Shown piece by piece: positions 20,879-30,956 of a stretch of 64,000 nt of DNA. Below the pieces are notes generated by a model. That model saw only the letters and a list, made by a program, of their open reading frames with translations, was not told the DNA's origin and did not search any database. Within the stretch, counting starts at the first letter, position 1; every line of letters begins with the position of its first letter. Source of the stretch: Nitrososphaeraceae archaeon. GTDB taxonomy: Archaea; Thermoproteota; Nitrososphaeria; Nitrososphaerales; Nitrososphaeraceae. The position numbers were made by a program, and so were the translations under genes. The stretch spans positions 46,249-110,248 of the forward strand of contig DATGZA010000075.1 in NCBI GenBank assembly GCA_035297365.1, given 5' to 3'.

Positions 20879-22171
20879 TTGAAAAAAAGAAATAAAAGAA
20901 CTCATTATTCTAATCAGCTAAAAGAAAAGATGATTGGTAATAGGGTGAATGTCGGAGGATGGATTGAAGACTTTCGAGATATAGGAAAAATAATTTTTTT
21001 AATAATTAGAGATATTACTGGACCGATTCAAATTGTTGTAAATTCTGATGATTTCCCAGAAATAAAAGAAATTCCTAGACAAAGTTCGGTACTTATTTCA
21101 GGAATAGTACAGAAGAGCAGAGCAAGGGAAATTAAAGTCGAAATAAAGCTCGATAAGATAATAACTATATCATATGCCCAACACCCTCTTCCAATAGATC
21201 CAACAGGAAGATTAGAATCGGCTATTGATAAAAGACTGGATTCGAGAGCACTCGATTTGAGAAATATGAATGTTTCAAGGCTTTTCATTATTAGGTCGAT
21301 TGCTCTCGAGATCATAAGAAAGACCTTAAGAAAAAAAGGCTTTATTGAGGTAAACACCCCAAAAATTATAGGAAGTGCAAGTGAAGGAGGAGCTAATTTA
21401 TTCTCTTTTGATTATTTTAAGAAAAAAGCTTATCTAGCCCAGAGTCCTCAATTATATAAGGAACAATTAATTCTTGCCTTGGATCGTGTCTTCGAAATAG
21501 CTCCATATTTTCGAGCTGAAAATTCCAATACTGTTAGACATCTAACTGAATTTCAAAGTGTGGATATTGAAGCAGCATTTGTTGACTACCATGATATTAT
21601 GCAAATAATGGAAGAAACAATAAAAAATGTCATTAGCGAAATGAGTAAATATGATTTAATTAATTTAGAGGATAATGAAAAGATAAAAACTGTATTAGAG
21701 TCCAAATTTGAAATTTTGTCTTACAAAGAATGTGTGGCAGAACTAAGGAAGATTGGAGAGGAAATAGAATATGGAGATGACCTTTCAGACACATCGTTAA
21801 GAAAATTAGGTCAACTACATCCAGGATTTTACTTTATAACTGATTGGCCTTTGAAACTGAAGCCATTTTATATTCATGAAAATGAGGACGATCCATTTCT
21901 TTCATACTCCTTTGATTTGCAGATAGGATATTTGGAATTGATTTCGGGTGGAACACGACAACATAATCCTGATAAGATCAAAAAAAGATTGATTGAACAA
22001 GGCCTTAATCCAGATAATTTTTCCGAACATTTGAAAACTTTCCATTGGGGAATGCCTCCTCATTCTGGATGCGGGTTGGGTCTAGATAGACTTATGATGG
22101 CAATTACGAATTCTACTAATGTACGAGAGGTAGTACTTTATCCAAGGGATCCGGACAGACTTAATCCTTAA
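20879..22171 (+). CDS. aspS: Aspartate--tRNA(Asp/Asn) ligase
   Basis: OB fold, LAQSPQLYK, FRAE, GMPPHSGCGLGLDR, YPRD. Confidence 0.96.
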   Translation: MKKRNKRTHYSNQLKEKMIGNRVNVGGWIEDFRDIGKIIFLIIRDITGPIQIVVNSDDFPEIKEIPRQSSVLISGIVQKSRAREIKVEIKLDKIITISYAQHPLPIDPTGRLESAIDKRLDSRALDLRNMNVSRLFIIRSIALEIIRKTLRKKGFIEVNTPKIIGSASEGGANLFSFDYFKKKAYLAQSPQLYKEQLILALDRVFEIAPYFRAENSNTVRHLTEFQSVDIEAAFVDYHDIMQIMEETIKNVISEMSKYDLINLEDNEKIKTVLESKFEILSYKECVAELRKIGEEIEYGDDLSDTSLRKLGQLHPGFYFITDWPLKLKPFYIHENEDDPFLSYSFDLQIGYLELISGGTRQHNPDKIKKRLIEQGLNPDNFSEHLKTFHWGMPPHSGCGLGLDRLMMAITNSTNVREVVLYPRDPDRLNP

Positions 22172-22589
22172 TTCTATTTATGAGTACTTCAATAATTTTT
22201 TTTTCTTCACTTAGCAAGAAAGCTTTAAATGAAAATTCCATTGTTGAATAAATTAGCCAAATAACTGGATTTATTTCCATATATCTGAGGTCACTTGCAG
22301 ACGGATAAGGTATTGATGGATGAGAATGAAATATTGATATAACATCCAAATTCATTGACTTGGATTTTTCATAAAATGTTATCAAATCTTTTGGATCTAC
22401 TTCGAAAAATGTAGAAGACTTTGAGAAATTATTCGGTATTATGATATTTTTTACAGAATAATTAGTTAAAGAATTTTTTTTTCCTAAAAGCAAGGCACAG
22501 GATTCTAGTGGAATTGAATATTTAGCCAACCTTTCTAAATGATTTAAATTATAATCACTTATAGAAAGAATTATTGAGTCCATAATCAT
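22161..22589 (-). CDS. JAMM/MPN+ (Mov34) metalloprotease
   Basis: ESCALLLG...FHSHP...PSASD motif. Confidence 0.9.
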   Translation of the reverse strand: MIMDSIILSISDYNLNHLERLAKYSIPLESCALLLGKKNSLTNYSVKNIIIPNNFSKSSTFFEVDPKDLITFYEKSKSMNLDVISIFHSHPSIPYPSASDLRYMEINPVIWLIYSTMEFSFKAFLLSEEKKIIEVLINRIKD

Positions 22590-23386
22590 AATTTAAATAA
22601 AACAAAATAAATTTTTTTGTTAAATAAATAAGAATGTTCAGAAGAATTTGCTTTTCAGTTTTTTTTCGTAGACTCAAATTTTTATTTAAAAAATGTCTAG
22701 AGCGATATTCTGTAATAAACGAGGATTCTCAATATACTTAGAGGCATCCTTTTCACAATACTTGTTGTCAAATCTATATGTTTTCACTCTCTATGTAAGT
22801 ATGTAATTTCCTATGACAGGTACAAACTAGACTATATATCATAGAATTTAAAGATGTAACTGGAACTTGTACACATGAAACCAGTTTTCTGGATCCTATA
22901 GATTCTATTTTTTGTATTATATTCTGTTAGCACAATATTCTCATAATAAATTTTCTCCGAACTATGTTCAATACCTCGCTTCACCTAAAGAAATTAAGTT
23001 TAAATCTGGAAAATCCTTTGTTATTGATATTCATCCTAACTATTAATGGTTAGTAAATTTTAGCCTGTTGCAACATATTACTTTTTGTGTAGCACATAAT
23101 GTTATCGAATTCCTTTTCGACATCTTCGTTTAGTGACCTCACGTATTTTGTTGTCAAGATGTACATTTTGTTATGTTATGTATGTATAGGTGTTCATATC
23201 ACATTTAGGTGTCGTGAGTTACTGTTCAATGGATTTTATCAAAGTGTTAAAATTAGAAGACCACATGTAATTCAGCTGTAATTTTTAATTTTCTACAATA
23301 TTCTATAACTCCTTTCAAAATTTGTTTGTAATCTTAAACCGAAGCTGTAATGAAGTATCTATACAATTACAAATTATTCCTTCAGT

Positions 23387-23443
23387 TCTAAGAGAAATCC
23401 CAGGAAATTGTCTGTCTAAGAGAAATCCCAGGAAATTGTCTGT
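23387..23443. repeat. Perfect 28-bp tandem duplication TCTAAGAGAAATCCCAGGAAATTGTCTG x2
   Basis: Two adjacent identical copies (23387-23414 and 23415-23442), no spacer. Confidence 0.95.
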
Positions 23444-23642
23444 ATTCTGATTAATGTCGAGAGTATATGATTTTTTTCATCAGTCTCTTTACAGTTCAGA
23501 ATTACGGAGATCCAATTCTAGAATTGATACAAAATAATGCAATTTTATGTATGCGCGAGTAAAATTTGGTAAATACACATAGACTGACCCGGTGAAAAGG
23601 GAACTTAGTTGTAGACTTTGTTTTCATGTAAGATACCTGATA

Positions 23643-24443
23643 CTACTCTATTTTGAATTTCGCATTCATATAAGGATGAATGGTGCAAAAATATTCATAC
23701 TCTTTATCTTTCAGATCGGATAACATTAAAGTGTAGCTTTCATTTGATTTTATAATTGAGGAGTCGAATGATTTCCCATCGTCTTTGAGGCTTGTTACGG
23801 TGTGTGGAACATTATCTAAATTTGTCCATATAATTCCAGTAGAGCTTTTTATAACGAGATCTTCAGGGGAATAATCTGGATTTCCCTGTGCGGAGGAGCC
23901 TGCCAGTATTTCTACTTTTGCTAGTTTCGAGGTATCTATTTCACTGGTTTGAATCTGATTTGTTTCCTGTTTTTGAGTAACTTCCGGTGCTGCTTCAGGA
24001 TGCGGTATTGCAAGTAAAGAAAGTACTGTTATTCCTACAACAACAGATATAACAAATATAAGAAGATATAATTTCACTTTTGAGCTATTTCTATGAATTG
24101 CCATCACAACTGTTGTGGCTGGAATTGATATAAGTAAGATAAGCCCAATGTATATGAAAATACTTGGAGTTTGAACACTAGAAATAACAGCATTGGTTAA
24201 TCCTAAGATTACCAGAATTCCTAATGTAATGAAGGTTGCTATTTTTGCTTTTTTCGAAGAAGGAAATCCATCTTTGAGAACCCCAGCTGAAAGGAAAATC
24301 ATGCCTATTAAAAAGGTTAATAACGATACAGCGTGCATTCCATCAATAAATGTCTTAGCTATTCCAGAAAGGGATATCATTACACCTACGATACCCAGAG
24401 ATGTAAGACCTATTCCAGGGGTTAAGAGGTCCCAGTCAGACAT
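23643..24443 (-). CDS. Membrane protein with C-terminal plastocyanin-like blue-copper domain
   Basis: About 5 TM helices followed by WTN.D.VPHTVT and YFCTIHPYM (type-1 Cu ligands H, C, H, M). Confidence 0.88.
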   Translation of the reverse strand: MSDWDLLTPGIGLTSLGIVGVMISLSGIAKTFIDGMHAVSLLTFLIGMIFLSAGVLKDGFPSSKKAKIATFITLGILVILGLTNAVISSVQTPSIFIYIGLILLISIPATTVVMAIHRNSSKVKLYLLIFVISVVVGITVLSLLAIPHPEAAPEVTQKQETNQIQTSEIDTSKLAKVEILAGSSAQGNPDYSPEDLVIKSSTGIIWTNLDNVPHTVTSLKDDGKSFDSSIIKSNESYTLMLSDLKDKEYEYFCTIHPYMNAKFKIE

Positions 24444-24609
24444 ACTGTATGGTTAGTTTTGAATATTTCGCTATAATTTTAACCTTTTCAACTGTGATAA
24501 TTATCTCAGATCGAGTGATAATGACAAAAAAATTTTATATTAAATCATAGAGATTTATAACGAATAAATTAAATCCAACGTTATTAATTAATTTATCCGT
24601 GTCGATACA

Positions 24610-25497
24610 GTGGATATAAAACCATATATTGAAGTTTCAAAACCAAGAATTGTAGTTGTTTTAGTAATAACTGCGGTAGCATCAATGCTAGGTGCAACTC
24701 GATTCGATAGCTCGCCAGGCATTGCATGGGATATATCTCTCTGGAAATTATTTTTCTTGATTCTTTGTGGTTCTCTTGCCTCTATGGGCTCTAGTGCTTT
24801 AAACCACTACTACGACAGGGACATTGATAAGATTATGGAAAGAACATCGAAAAGACCTATCCCATCTGGAGAATTATCAGCAAGAACTGTCATTATTTAT
24901 GGTATATGCATTAGTGTTTTTTCAGTGGTCATTGCATGGTTTACATTAAATCCGATGGCTACATTGATGATCGCATTGGGAATATTTTTTTATGTAGTTA
25001 TATATACAGCATGGCTGAAAAGATCACACTCCTTGAATATAGTTATCGGAGGATTCGCTGGCAGTGCAGCATCGATGGCTGGATGGGCCACAACAACTGG
25101 ATCCATAGATCTTTTGGGATTTCTAGTGGGCTGGTTGGTTTTCATGTGGACACCGCCTCATTTTTGGTGTCTGGCGATAAAAAAGAGAGAAGAATATGCA
25201 AGTGTAAAAATTCCGATGCTTCCTGTGCTTATTGGAAATACAAAAACTGCAAAATATATTTTTATCAATACTGCCATATTACTACCATTTTCACTTTCGT
25301 TATATTTTTTCGGGTTGGGAATAATTTACACAATAATAGCATTTGTTTCTGGTACTGTTATGCTAATTTATCACTATAAATTAACAAAAAATCCAACGCC
25401 TGAATTTGCTTGGAAGGCGTATAAGGTAACAGCACCTTACTTAGTTATAGTATTTATAGCAATAGCGATAGACGCATTATTTTATTTTAGATTCTAA
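24610..25497 (+). CDS. ctaB: Protoheme IX farnesyltransferase (heme O synthase)
   Basis: KPRIV, NHYYDRDIDKIMERTSKRPIPSG, WTPPHFW. Confidence 0.95.
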   Translation: MDIKPYIEVSKPRIVVVLVITAVASMLGATRFDSSPGIAWDISLWKLFFLILCGSLASMGSSALNHYYDRDIDKIMERTSKRPIPSGELSARTVIIYGICISVFSVVIAWFTLNPMATLMIALGIFFYVVIYTAWLKRSHSLNIVIGGFAGSAASMAGWATTTGSIDLLGFLVGWLVFMWTPPHFWCLAIKKREEYASVKIPMLPVLIGNTKTAKYIFINTAILLPFSLSLYFFGLGIIYTIIAFVSGTVMLIYHYKLTKNPTPEFAWKAYKVTAPYLVIVFIAIAIDALFYFRF

Positions 25498-25512
25498 TAA
25501 ATTATAGATCGT

Positions 25513-25734
25513 TTAACGCAATAGTTCAATTCGTCGTTTATCCTTAGATATCCATGAGACTTTTAATAAACCATAAATTTCCAAATCTAACAGGATTTTG
25601 TTTAGCTCTGCAGAATCTAACTCTATCCCTTCCTTTGACAAAATGGACGTTAATTCTGAATCTGTAAGATTATTTAATTGCTGTATTTTTTCATAGATGA
25701 TATTTCTTAAAGGATATTTCAAGCTTAATGACAA
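25513..25734 (-). CDS. Small winged-helix-like conserved protein
   Basis: LNKILLDLEIYGLLKVSW pattern; in the ef1b gene string. Confidence 0.65.
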   Translation of the reverse strand: MSLSLKYPLRNIIYEKIQQLNNLTDSELTSILSKEGIELDSAELNKILLDLEIYGLLKVSWISKDKRRIELLR

Positions 25735-25814
25735 ATGATCATCTAATAGAGTATTAATATATTTTCCAATTTCAAAGTCATGCCAATTAAATAAAAAAAC
25801 TCAAAAAAAATCTT

Positions 25815-26096
25815 TTACTTTATATTTACAGATTGTCTACTTATGCTAATAACTTGTATCTCACTTACACCGTTTGTTTTCTTTATGCTTTCTTCTAAGG
25901 CATCCATTTGACCTTCTGAATCATCTAATGTGAAATCGCAAAGTAAAGAGAATATACCAAATGCAAGAGGTTCTTTACCATATCTTTTTAGTTCCATTCC
26001 ACTTGGAATTTGTAAGGGTAGATCTTTAATAATTTCGTCTAGATTAGTATCAGATTCCATTGGTAATATTTTAATTCTAGCCACGAGTCGAGCCAT
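25815..26096 (-). CDS. ef1b: Translation elongation factor 1-beta
   Basis: KILP, EPLAFG motifs; size; adjacent Zn-ribbon gene. Confidence 0.92.
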   Translation of the reverse strand: MARLVARIKILPMESDTNLDEIIKDLPLQIPSGMELKRYGKEPLAFGIFSLLCDFTLDDSEGQMDALEESIKKTNGVSEIQVISISRQSVNIK

Positions 26097-26098
26097 AT

Positions 26099-26284
26099 CT
26101 ATGGACCCTCGAAGCTACAATTTACACATTTATATGATCTTGCAAATTCTCTACAGCTTTGACATCTCCACAATAAAACGTATCCACAACTAGGGCAATA
26201 AAATTTTACACATTCATCATTAGGCATTATAGATCTATTACATGATGAACAGACTGGCAATTCTAATGTTTTAGACATTTTCAT
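26099..26284 (-). CDS. Zn-ribbon protein (DUF1610/HVO_2753-like)
   Basis: CSSC, FYCPSCG, RCQSCR, YKCVNCSFEGP; conserved upstream of ef1b. Confidence 0.88.
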   Translation of the reverse strand: MKMSKTLELPVCSSCNRSIMPNDECVKFYCPSCGYVLLWRCQSCREFARSYKCVNCSFEGP

Positions 26285-26321
26285 TCAATTTGAGAAATCC
26301 GAATTTATATCTTGTCATATA

Positions 26322-27491
26322 TTAAAAGTCTATCATATGTCTGAATTCATTTCCCACTAGAGTACTGATCAATTTCATAGTTTTTTTAGTTCCCAGAATT
26401 CTAGATATAGCTATACTATGAAAATCGAAACTTGCTGATTCAGAAATTTCATCAAGAGTCGTATCGGTTACAACTGAAAGTATTTCATCAAGGGATTTGT
26501 TGTCAAGTCTTTCCAAAATTTTCCTAAATAGGAGCATAATTTGAAATTCTTTTCCAAAAATTGAAAACCATTGTTTTTCATATTCATGAAGATGAATTTT
26601 TTGATTAGTTGTCTTGTATTTTGCGATGCTCTTCCCAGCCAATATTCCTCCCATTCCACATGAAAAAATTCCTCCTGCAGTGGTTGGTTTTGTTTGGCCT
26701 GCAGCGTCACCTACCAACAAACTTTGTTCATTTATGAAATTTTTTAGCGGTCCTCCAACCCAAACAGGAGCATATATCTTTCTAATGACAGAATATTTGA
26801 AATTGAAACTTGAGATAAAGGATTCAAGTGTTTGTAAGGCATTGATTTTGCTTCCTGCAACACCTACCTTTGCTTTTCCTTGACCATTTGGTATTATCCA
26901 TGCGAAAAAATGAGGATATATTTCGCTATCTAATTTTACTAGGATTTCGTGACTTGGAATCCCATCCGCATAGATCTCATACTGAGCAGATTGTAAAATG
27001 CCATTTCGACTAGTACGATTCATAAGAGATGAAATACCCCTTGCATCAACAAAAAGATCCGAACTGAATGAGCAATTAGTAGTTCTTATTCCGAATTTCT
27101 TTTCAAGAGAATCATAATTTATAGTCGTAACTAAATTTCTTGTTACAATTTCAGCTCCAGATTTTTGAGCTTGAAACGCTATCTGTTTGTCAAATTCTCT
27201 TCTATCGAGAACGATTAATTTGTCATGTTTTATATTAATGTTAAAACTTTTAGAAGCTGACGAGATTTTTGCTTTTTCTATACAATGTACAATTGATCTC
27301 AAAGATGGAATAATTCCCAATTTTTCCATAGCCTGAAGACTAACCAGTCCACCACAATGTTCTGGAGTTCCAATTTCACTATCTTCTTCAAGAACTAATA
27401 CTGATAAACCGGATCTCGCTATTTCTCTCGCGCACAATAAACCTGAAACGCTTCCACCTGCTACTATTACATCATAGAATTTTTTTTTCAT
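26322..27491 (-). CDS. Geranylgeranyl reductase-family flavoprotein
   Basis: VAGGSVSG, PEHCGG, DRREFDK, AWIIP, GDAAGQTKPTTAGGI. Confidence 0.88.
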   Translation of the reverse strand: MKKKFYDVIVAGGSVSGLLCAREIARSGLSVLVLEEDSEIGTPEHCGGLVSLQAMEKLGIIPSLRSIVHCIEKAKISSASKSFNINIKHDKLIVLDRREFDKQIAFQAQKSGAEIVTRNLVTTINYDSLEKKFGIRTTNCSFSSDLFVDARGISSLMNRTSRNGILQSAQYEIYADGIPSHEILVKLDSEIYPHFFAWIIPNGQGKAKVGVAGSKINALQTLESFISSFNFKYSVIRKIYAPVWVGGPLKNFINEQSLLVGDAAGQTKPTTAGGIFSCGMGGILAGKSIAKYKTTNQKIHLHEYEKQWFSIFGKEFQIMLLFRKILERLDNKSLDEILSVVTDTTLDEISESASFDFHSIAISRILGTKKTMKLISTLVGNEFRHMIDF

Positions 27492-27540
27492 TAATACAAT
27501 ATAACCATTTTATTAATAATAATTAAAATGTATTTTAGAT

Positions 27541-27894
27541 ATGGATCTTAAACAAGTCATGATAGTTCGAAAAGATCTTAAAATGGGTACTGGAAAGATA
27601 GCTGCGCAAGTAGCACATGCCTCAGTTTTAGCATATGAAACATCTAGAATCAAAAACAGTACTTGGCTTAAAACATGGTATAAGTTTGGACAACCAAAGG
27701 TGGTCCTCAAAGTAAATAGTCTAGAAGAGTTAGAGGAAATAAGGAAAAAAGCAGAGGCATATGATTTACCTGTAGTAATAGTACATGATGCTGGTTTGAC
27801 TCAACTTGAGCCAGGTACTGCAACTTGTCTTGGAATCGGGCCTGGGCCAGCTAGTTTAATTGACAGGGTTACTGGAGGTTTAAAGCTTCTTTAG
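27541..27894 (+). CDS. pth2: Peptidyl-tRNA hydrolase Pth2
   Basis: VRKDLKMGTGKIAAQVAHA, DAGLTQ, GIGPGP. Confidence 0.96.
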   Translation: MDLKQVMIVRKDLKMGTGKIAAQVAHASVLAYETSRIKNSTWLKTWYKFGQPKVVLKVNSLEELEEIRKKAEAYDLPVVIVHDAGLTQLEPGTATCLGIGPGPASLIDRVTGGLKLL

Positions 27895-28032
27895 AATAGT
27901 GGAAAACAATTATTATATTTATCAAATTTTGTTATCCAGCAATATTAAAAAGTTACTTGATTCTTATACATAGAAAAAGTTAAGAATTCAGTTAGCTAAA
28001 AAAAATTAACACAAAGCCTTATTTTAGTTGTA

Positions 28033-28428
28033 TTGTATAAAATATTGTTGCGAAGGAAGAAAAAAGACCTAGTTCATAGTTCACAGATAACCTTAGATGA
28101 ATTCTATATTAAAAAATTTAAGGAAAAAATAGAAAAGATGTTGTTAATAAGTAATAAGAATAACCATCCATTAGTACTTTATAGAAGGACGATTGAGGAA
28201 AACGATGTAAGTATAGAAGAAGAAATAGGTACTGTTTCGGAGCGATATGTGGTAGTTCAAATCTTTACTCATGGAGGATACCTTCCGGTCCTATTTAGGG
28301 AGCAACATGTTTTCACGCCTGAAGAATTCCCCTACTGGATAATTAAAAGAAGTAGGAGTATGCTCTTACAATGTATGGAAAATATGGATGATTTTATAAA
28401 CACATACAATAATGATTTAGAGATTTAA
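28033..28428 (+). CDS. Hypothetical protein
   Basis: ORF fills the gap between pth2 and pgk; no recognised motif. Confidence 0.55.
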   Translation: MYKILLRRKKKDLVHSSQITLDEFYIKKFKEKIEKMLLISNKNNHPLVLYRRTIEENDVSIEEEIGTVSERYVVVQIFTHGGYLPVLFREQHVFTPEEFPYWIIKRSRSMLLQCMENMDDFINTYNNDLEI

Positions 28429-28489
28429 TTATTTTTTAATGAGTTTTTTAAATCTATTTTAGCGACATATATCTGAAAAAGAAAAAATT

Positions 28490-29686
28490 TTAAAAATTAG
28501 AATCTAATATAACTAAACCTGGCATCTTATCACCAGCAAGATATCTAAGAGTAGCTCCCCCTCCGGTTGAAACGTGACTTACTTCTGATTCCGAAACTCC
28601 AGATTTCTTCATGGCCTCCAATGTGTCCCCTCCTCCTATTAGTGTCTTGGAGCCTCTCCAATATGCTAAAGCCATACTTTTTGCTATATGAATAGTGCCA
28701 TTAGAAAAGAGATCCTTCTCAAAGAATCCCATTGGTCCGTTCCAAAAAATTGTTCCGTTTTTATTAGATCCAATCTCGGAGGAATAATTTTGTATAGTTT
28801 CATTTCCGATATCAAATCCGATCATTCCATCAGGAATATTTTCCTTACACAGGATTGCCGACTCGCTTTCAGCATTTGTTGAAACTATGTGATCGACTGG
28901 AAGTACTATCTTTTCCTGGTATCTTTTTAATGAGTTTTTAGCCCAATGTAAATGCGCTTCGTCTATAGGAGAATTTCCAATATTCAGTCCTTTTGCCTTG
29001 AGGAAAGTATATGCGGCGGCTCCGCCTATCAAGATCTTATCTGCTTTTGGTAACAAATTTTCCATTGCCCCAATTTTATCTCTTATTTTGACACCTCCGA
29101 TAACCACAAGAAATGGTCTAATTGGTTTCTCTTTTATCATTGTAAGATATTCAAGTTCTTTCTTCAAATTGAATCCTCCCAATTTTGTATCAAACAATGT
29201 TGCTGCGCCATAAGTTGACGAATGTTTTCTATGCGATGTGCTAAATGCGTCATTCACATAAATATCAGCCAATGATGCAAGTTGTTTTGAAAATTCTGGA
29301 TTATTTAATTCCTCCTCATGATGAAAACGGAGATTTTCTAATAAAATAATTCCTGATTTTTGAAGTCTACGAACTTGGTTATAAACTTCATTTCCAACAC
29401 AATCCGGAACAAATTTGACTTGTGTTTTTGAAAGAATTTCAGAAAGTCTTGTTGCAACAGGAAATAAAGAATAATCTGAATTATGATCCTTGGGTCTTCC
29501 TAAGTGCGAAATTAGTACTACCTTACAATTTCTTTTTACCAGATAATCTATGGTAGGAATAGACATTCTAATTCTATAATCCTCACCTATGTTTCCATTT
29601 TTAATACTGACATTAAAATCAACTCGAACTAAGGCAGTCTTTCCATCGTATTCATCATCATTGAGATCTGTCAAGAATTTGATCAT
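28490..29686 (-). CDS. pgk: Phosphoglycerate kinase (bacterial-like); true start probably ATG 29686 rather than 29779
   Basis: RVDFNV, SHLGRP, LLENLRF, YVNDAF, WNGPMG, HVSTGGGA. Confidence 0.94.
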   Translation of the reverse strand: MIKFLTDLNDDEYDGKTALVRVDFNVSIKNGNIGEDYRIRMSIPTIDYLVKRNCKVVLISHLGRPKDHNSDYSLFPVATRLSEILSKTQVKFVPDCVGNEVYNQVRRLQKSGIILLENLRFHHEEELNNPEFSKQLASLADIYVNDAFSTSHRKHSSTYGAATLFDTKLGGFNLKKELEYLTMIKEKPIRPFLVVIGGVKIRDKIGAMENLLPKADKILIGGAAAYTFLKAKGLNIGNSPIDEAHLHWAKNSLKRYQEKIVLPVDHIVSTNAESESAILCKENIPDGMIGFDIGNETIQNYSSEIGSNKNGTIFWNGPMGFFEKDLFSNGTIHIAKSMALAYWRGSKTLIGGGDTLEAMKKSGVSESEVSHVSTGGGATLRYLAGDKMPGLVILDSNF

Positions 29687-29772
29687 AATAGATAGGATAA
29701 AAAATATCTGTTGGAGAATAAAGGTTTTGATAATTAAAATAATGATAAATACCCATAAAAAACAAATGAAAA

Positions 29773-30380
29773 ATGTCATCAGGTTTTTCTCCGAAAATTA
29801 TTTTAGGAAAATTTATGTATATTAATGATCCATCATGGAAAACTAATAGTGGTAAAAAGCTAATATTTTACTTAGCTGCTGGTTTCTGTCCATATTGTGC
29901 TCCAGAAAGATTGGCAATAGTTGAGAGATTAAGAATATTTGAAGAATGGAAAGAATTGATAGAGAATCACAGTGTAAACACTAGTGAAAAGTTTTTAGAT
30001 ATACGTACTTTTGATTTTTCTCATTTCAATTATGAAAGTTCGTTTGTAGAGTTTCATGAAAATGAAATCGCCGACAGGTATTCTAAAGAAAAAGAAATAT
30101 TGGAAAAAATTGATGTGGAAATCCTAGAAACATATAACCCTGATCGACTTATTCCATTTTTACTAATTGATGGTCAATTTATACAATTTGAAACTGGAAT
30201 AAATCTAGAATTATTAGGAAAATATAAAAAATGAAGAGATAAGAAAATTGATGTGATGAAAATTCCTTAGTTGGCAAATCTATCATTAATGAGAGTAACG
30301 ATATAGCATCTCTATATGCAAAAGTATTGGCAATATACCAGAAAATATCAAAGATAAACAGATTATAGAACTGTTTTCAT
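29773..30380 (+). pseudogene. DUF929-like thioredoxin-fold gene, disrupted near the 3' end
   Basis: FYLAAGFCPYCAPER and IPFLLIDG; after the stop at 30234 homologous-looking fragments continue in shifted frames (LVGKSIINESNDIASL, CKSIGNIPEN). Confidence 0.65.
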
Positions 30381-30409
30381 AAATAAAACGAAGAAAATTG
30401 AATAAAAAT

Positions 30410-30904
30410 TTATTTCAATCCAGTTATTCGTATTTCAGTTGGACATCCAAGTTTACTTGATGCTACTTTGAATCCTTCTTTTGCCAATGGTAAATTTGCA
30501 GAAGTAACATAAGCTTCTATTATTGATTGCCCTGGTTTAACCCTCGCTGCTAGCCCAGTTGCTTTCCCAAACGCTCTTCTCATACCTTCCTGCAGTCTAT
30601 CTGCTCCTGCAGTTGCTATCATTTTATTTTCCCTTAGCAGTACATGAGGATATACTTTTAATTTAGAGAAAAAACTGGTCTCTCCAGCTTGAGCCATTCT
30701 TTTATTAGCAGATAATCTTGCCGCTTCTAAAGCATTATGACGAATCTGAATATTTTCTGTGACAATTAATTCCAATTTATAATCATAGCTATTACTTGCT
30801 TGACCTGAAGAAAATTTTGCAATTTTTGATTGCGGTTTTCCTTTAATATATTCCCGTCTAACATAGGGCATACCCCTTGGTTCTCGATAATTTGCACCTT
30901 TCAA
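30410..30904 (-). CDS. rpl10e: 50S ribosomal protein L10e (uL16)
   Basis: QIRHNALEAAR, YPHVLLRENKM, GADRLQEGMRRAFGK. Confidence 0.97.
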   Translation of the reverse strand: MKGANYREPRGMPYVRREYIKGKPQSKIAKFSSGQASNSYDYKLELIVTENIQIRHNALEAARLSANKRMAQAGETSFFSKLKVYPHVLLRENKMIATAGADRLQEGMRRAFGKATGLAARVKPGQSIIEAYVTSANLPLAKEGFKVASSKLGCPTEIRITGLK

Positions 30905-30956
30905 TTTTAGTTCACTAATCTTTTTATATCAAACATAAACTTTGATTTAATCGTTT

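Noticed and set aside
23387-23443. 28-bp repeat as a CRISPR array
   Set aside because: Only two abutting copies, no spacer, no leader and no cas genes
29687-29779. Hydrophobic N-terminal extension making PGK membrane-anchored
   Set aside because: Artefact of choosing the farthest ATG in AT-rich promoter DNA; homology begins at ATG 29686
30250-30300. GTGATGA as box C of another sRNA
   Set aside because: No downstream box D or terminal stem; lies in the DUF929 pseudogene tail
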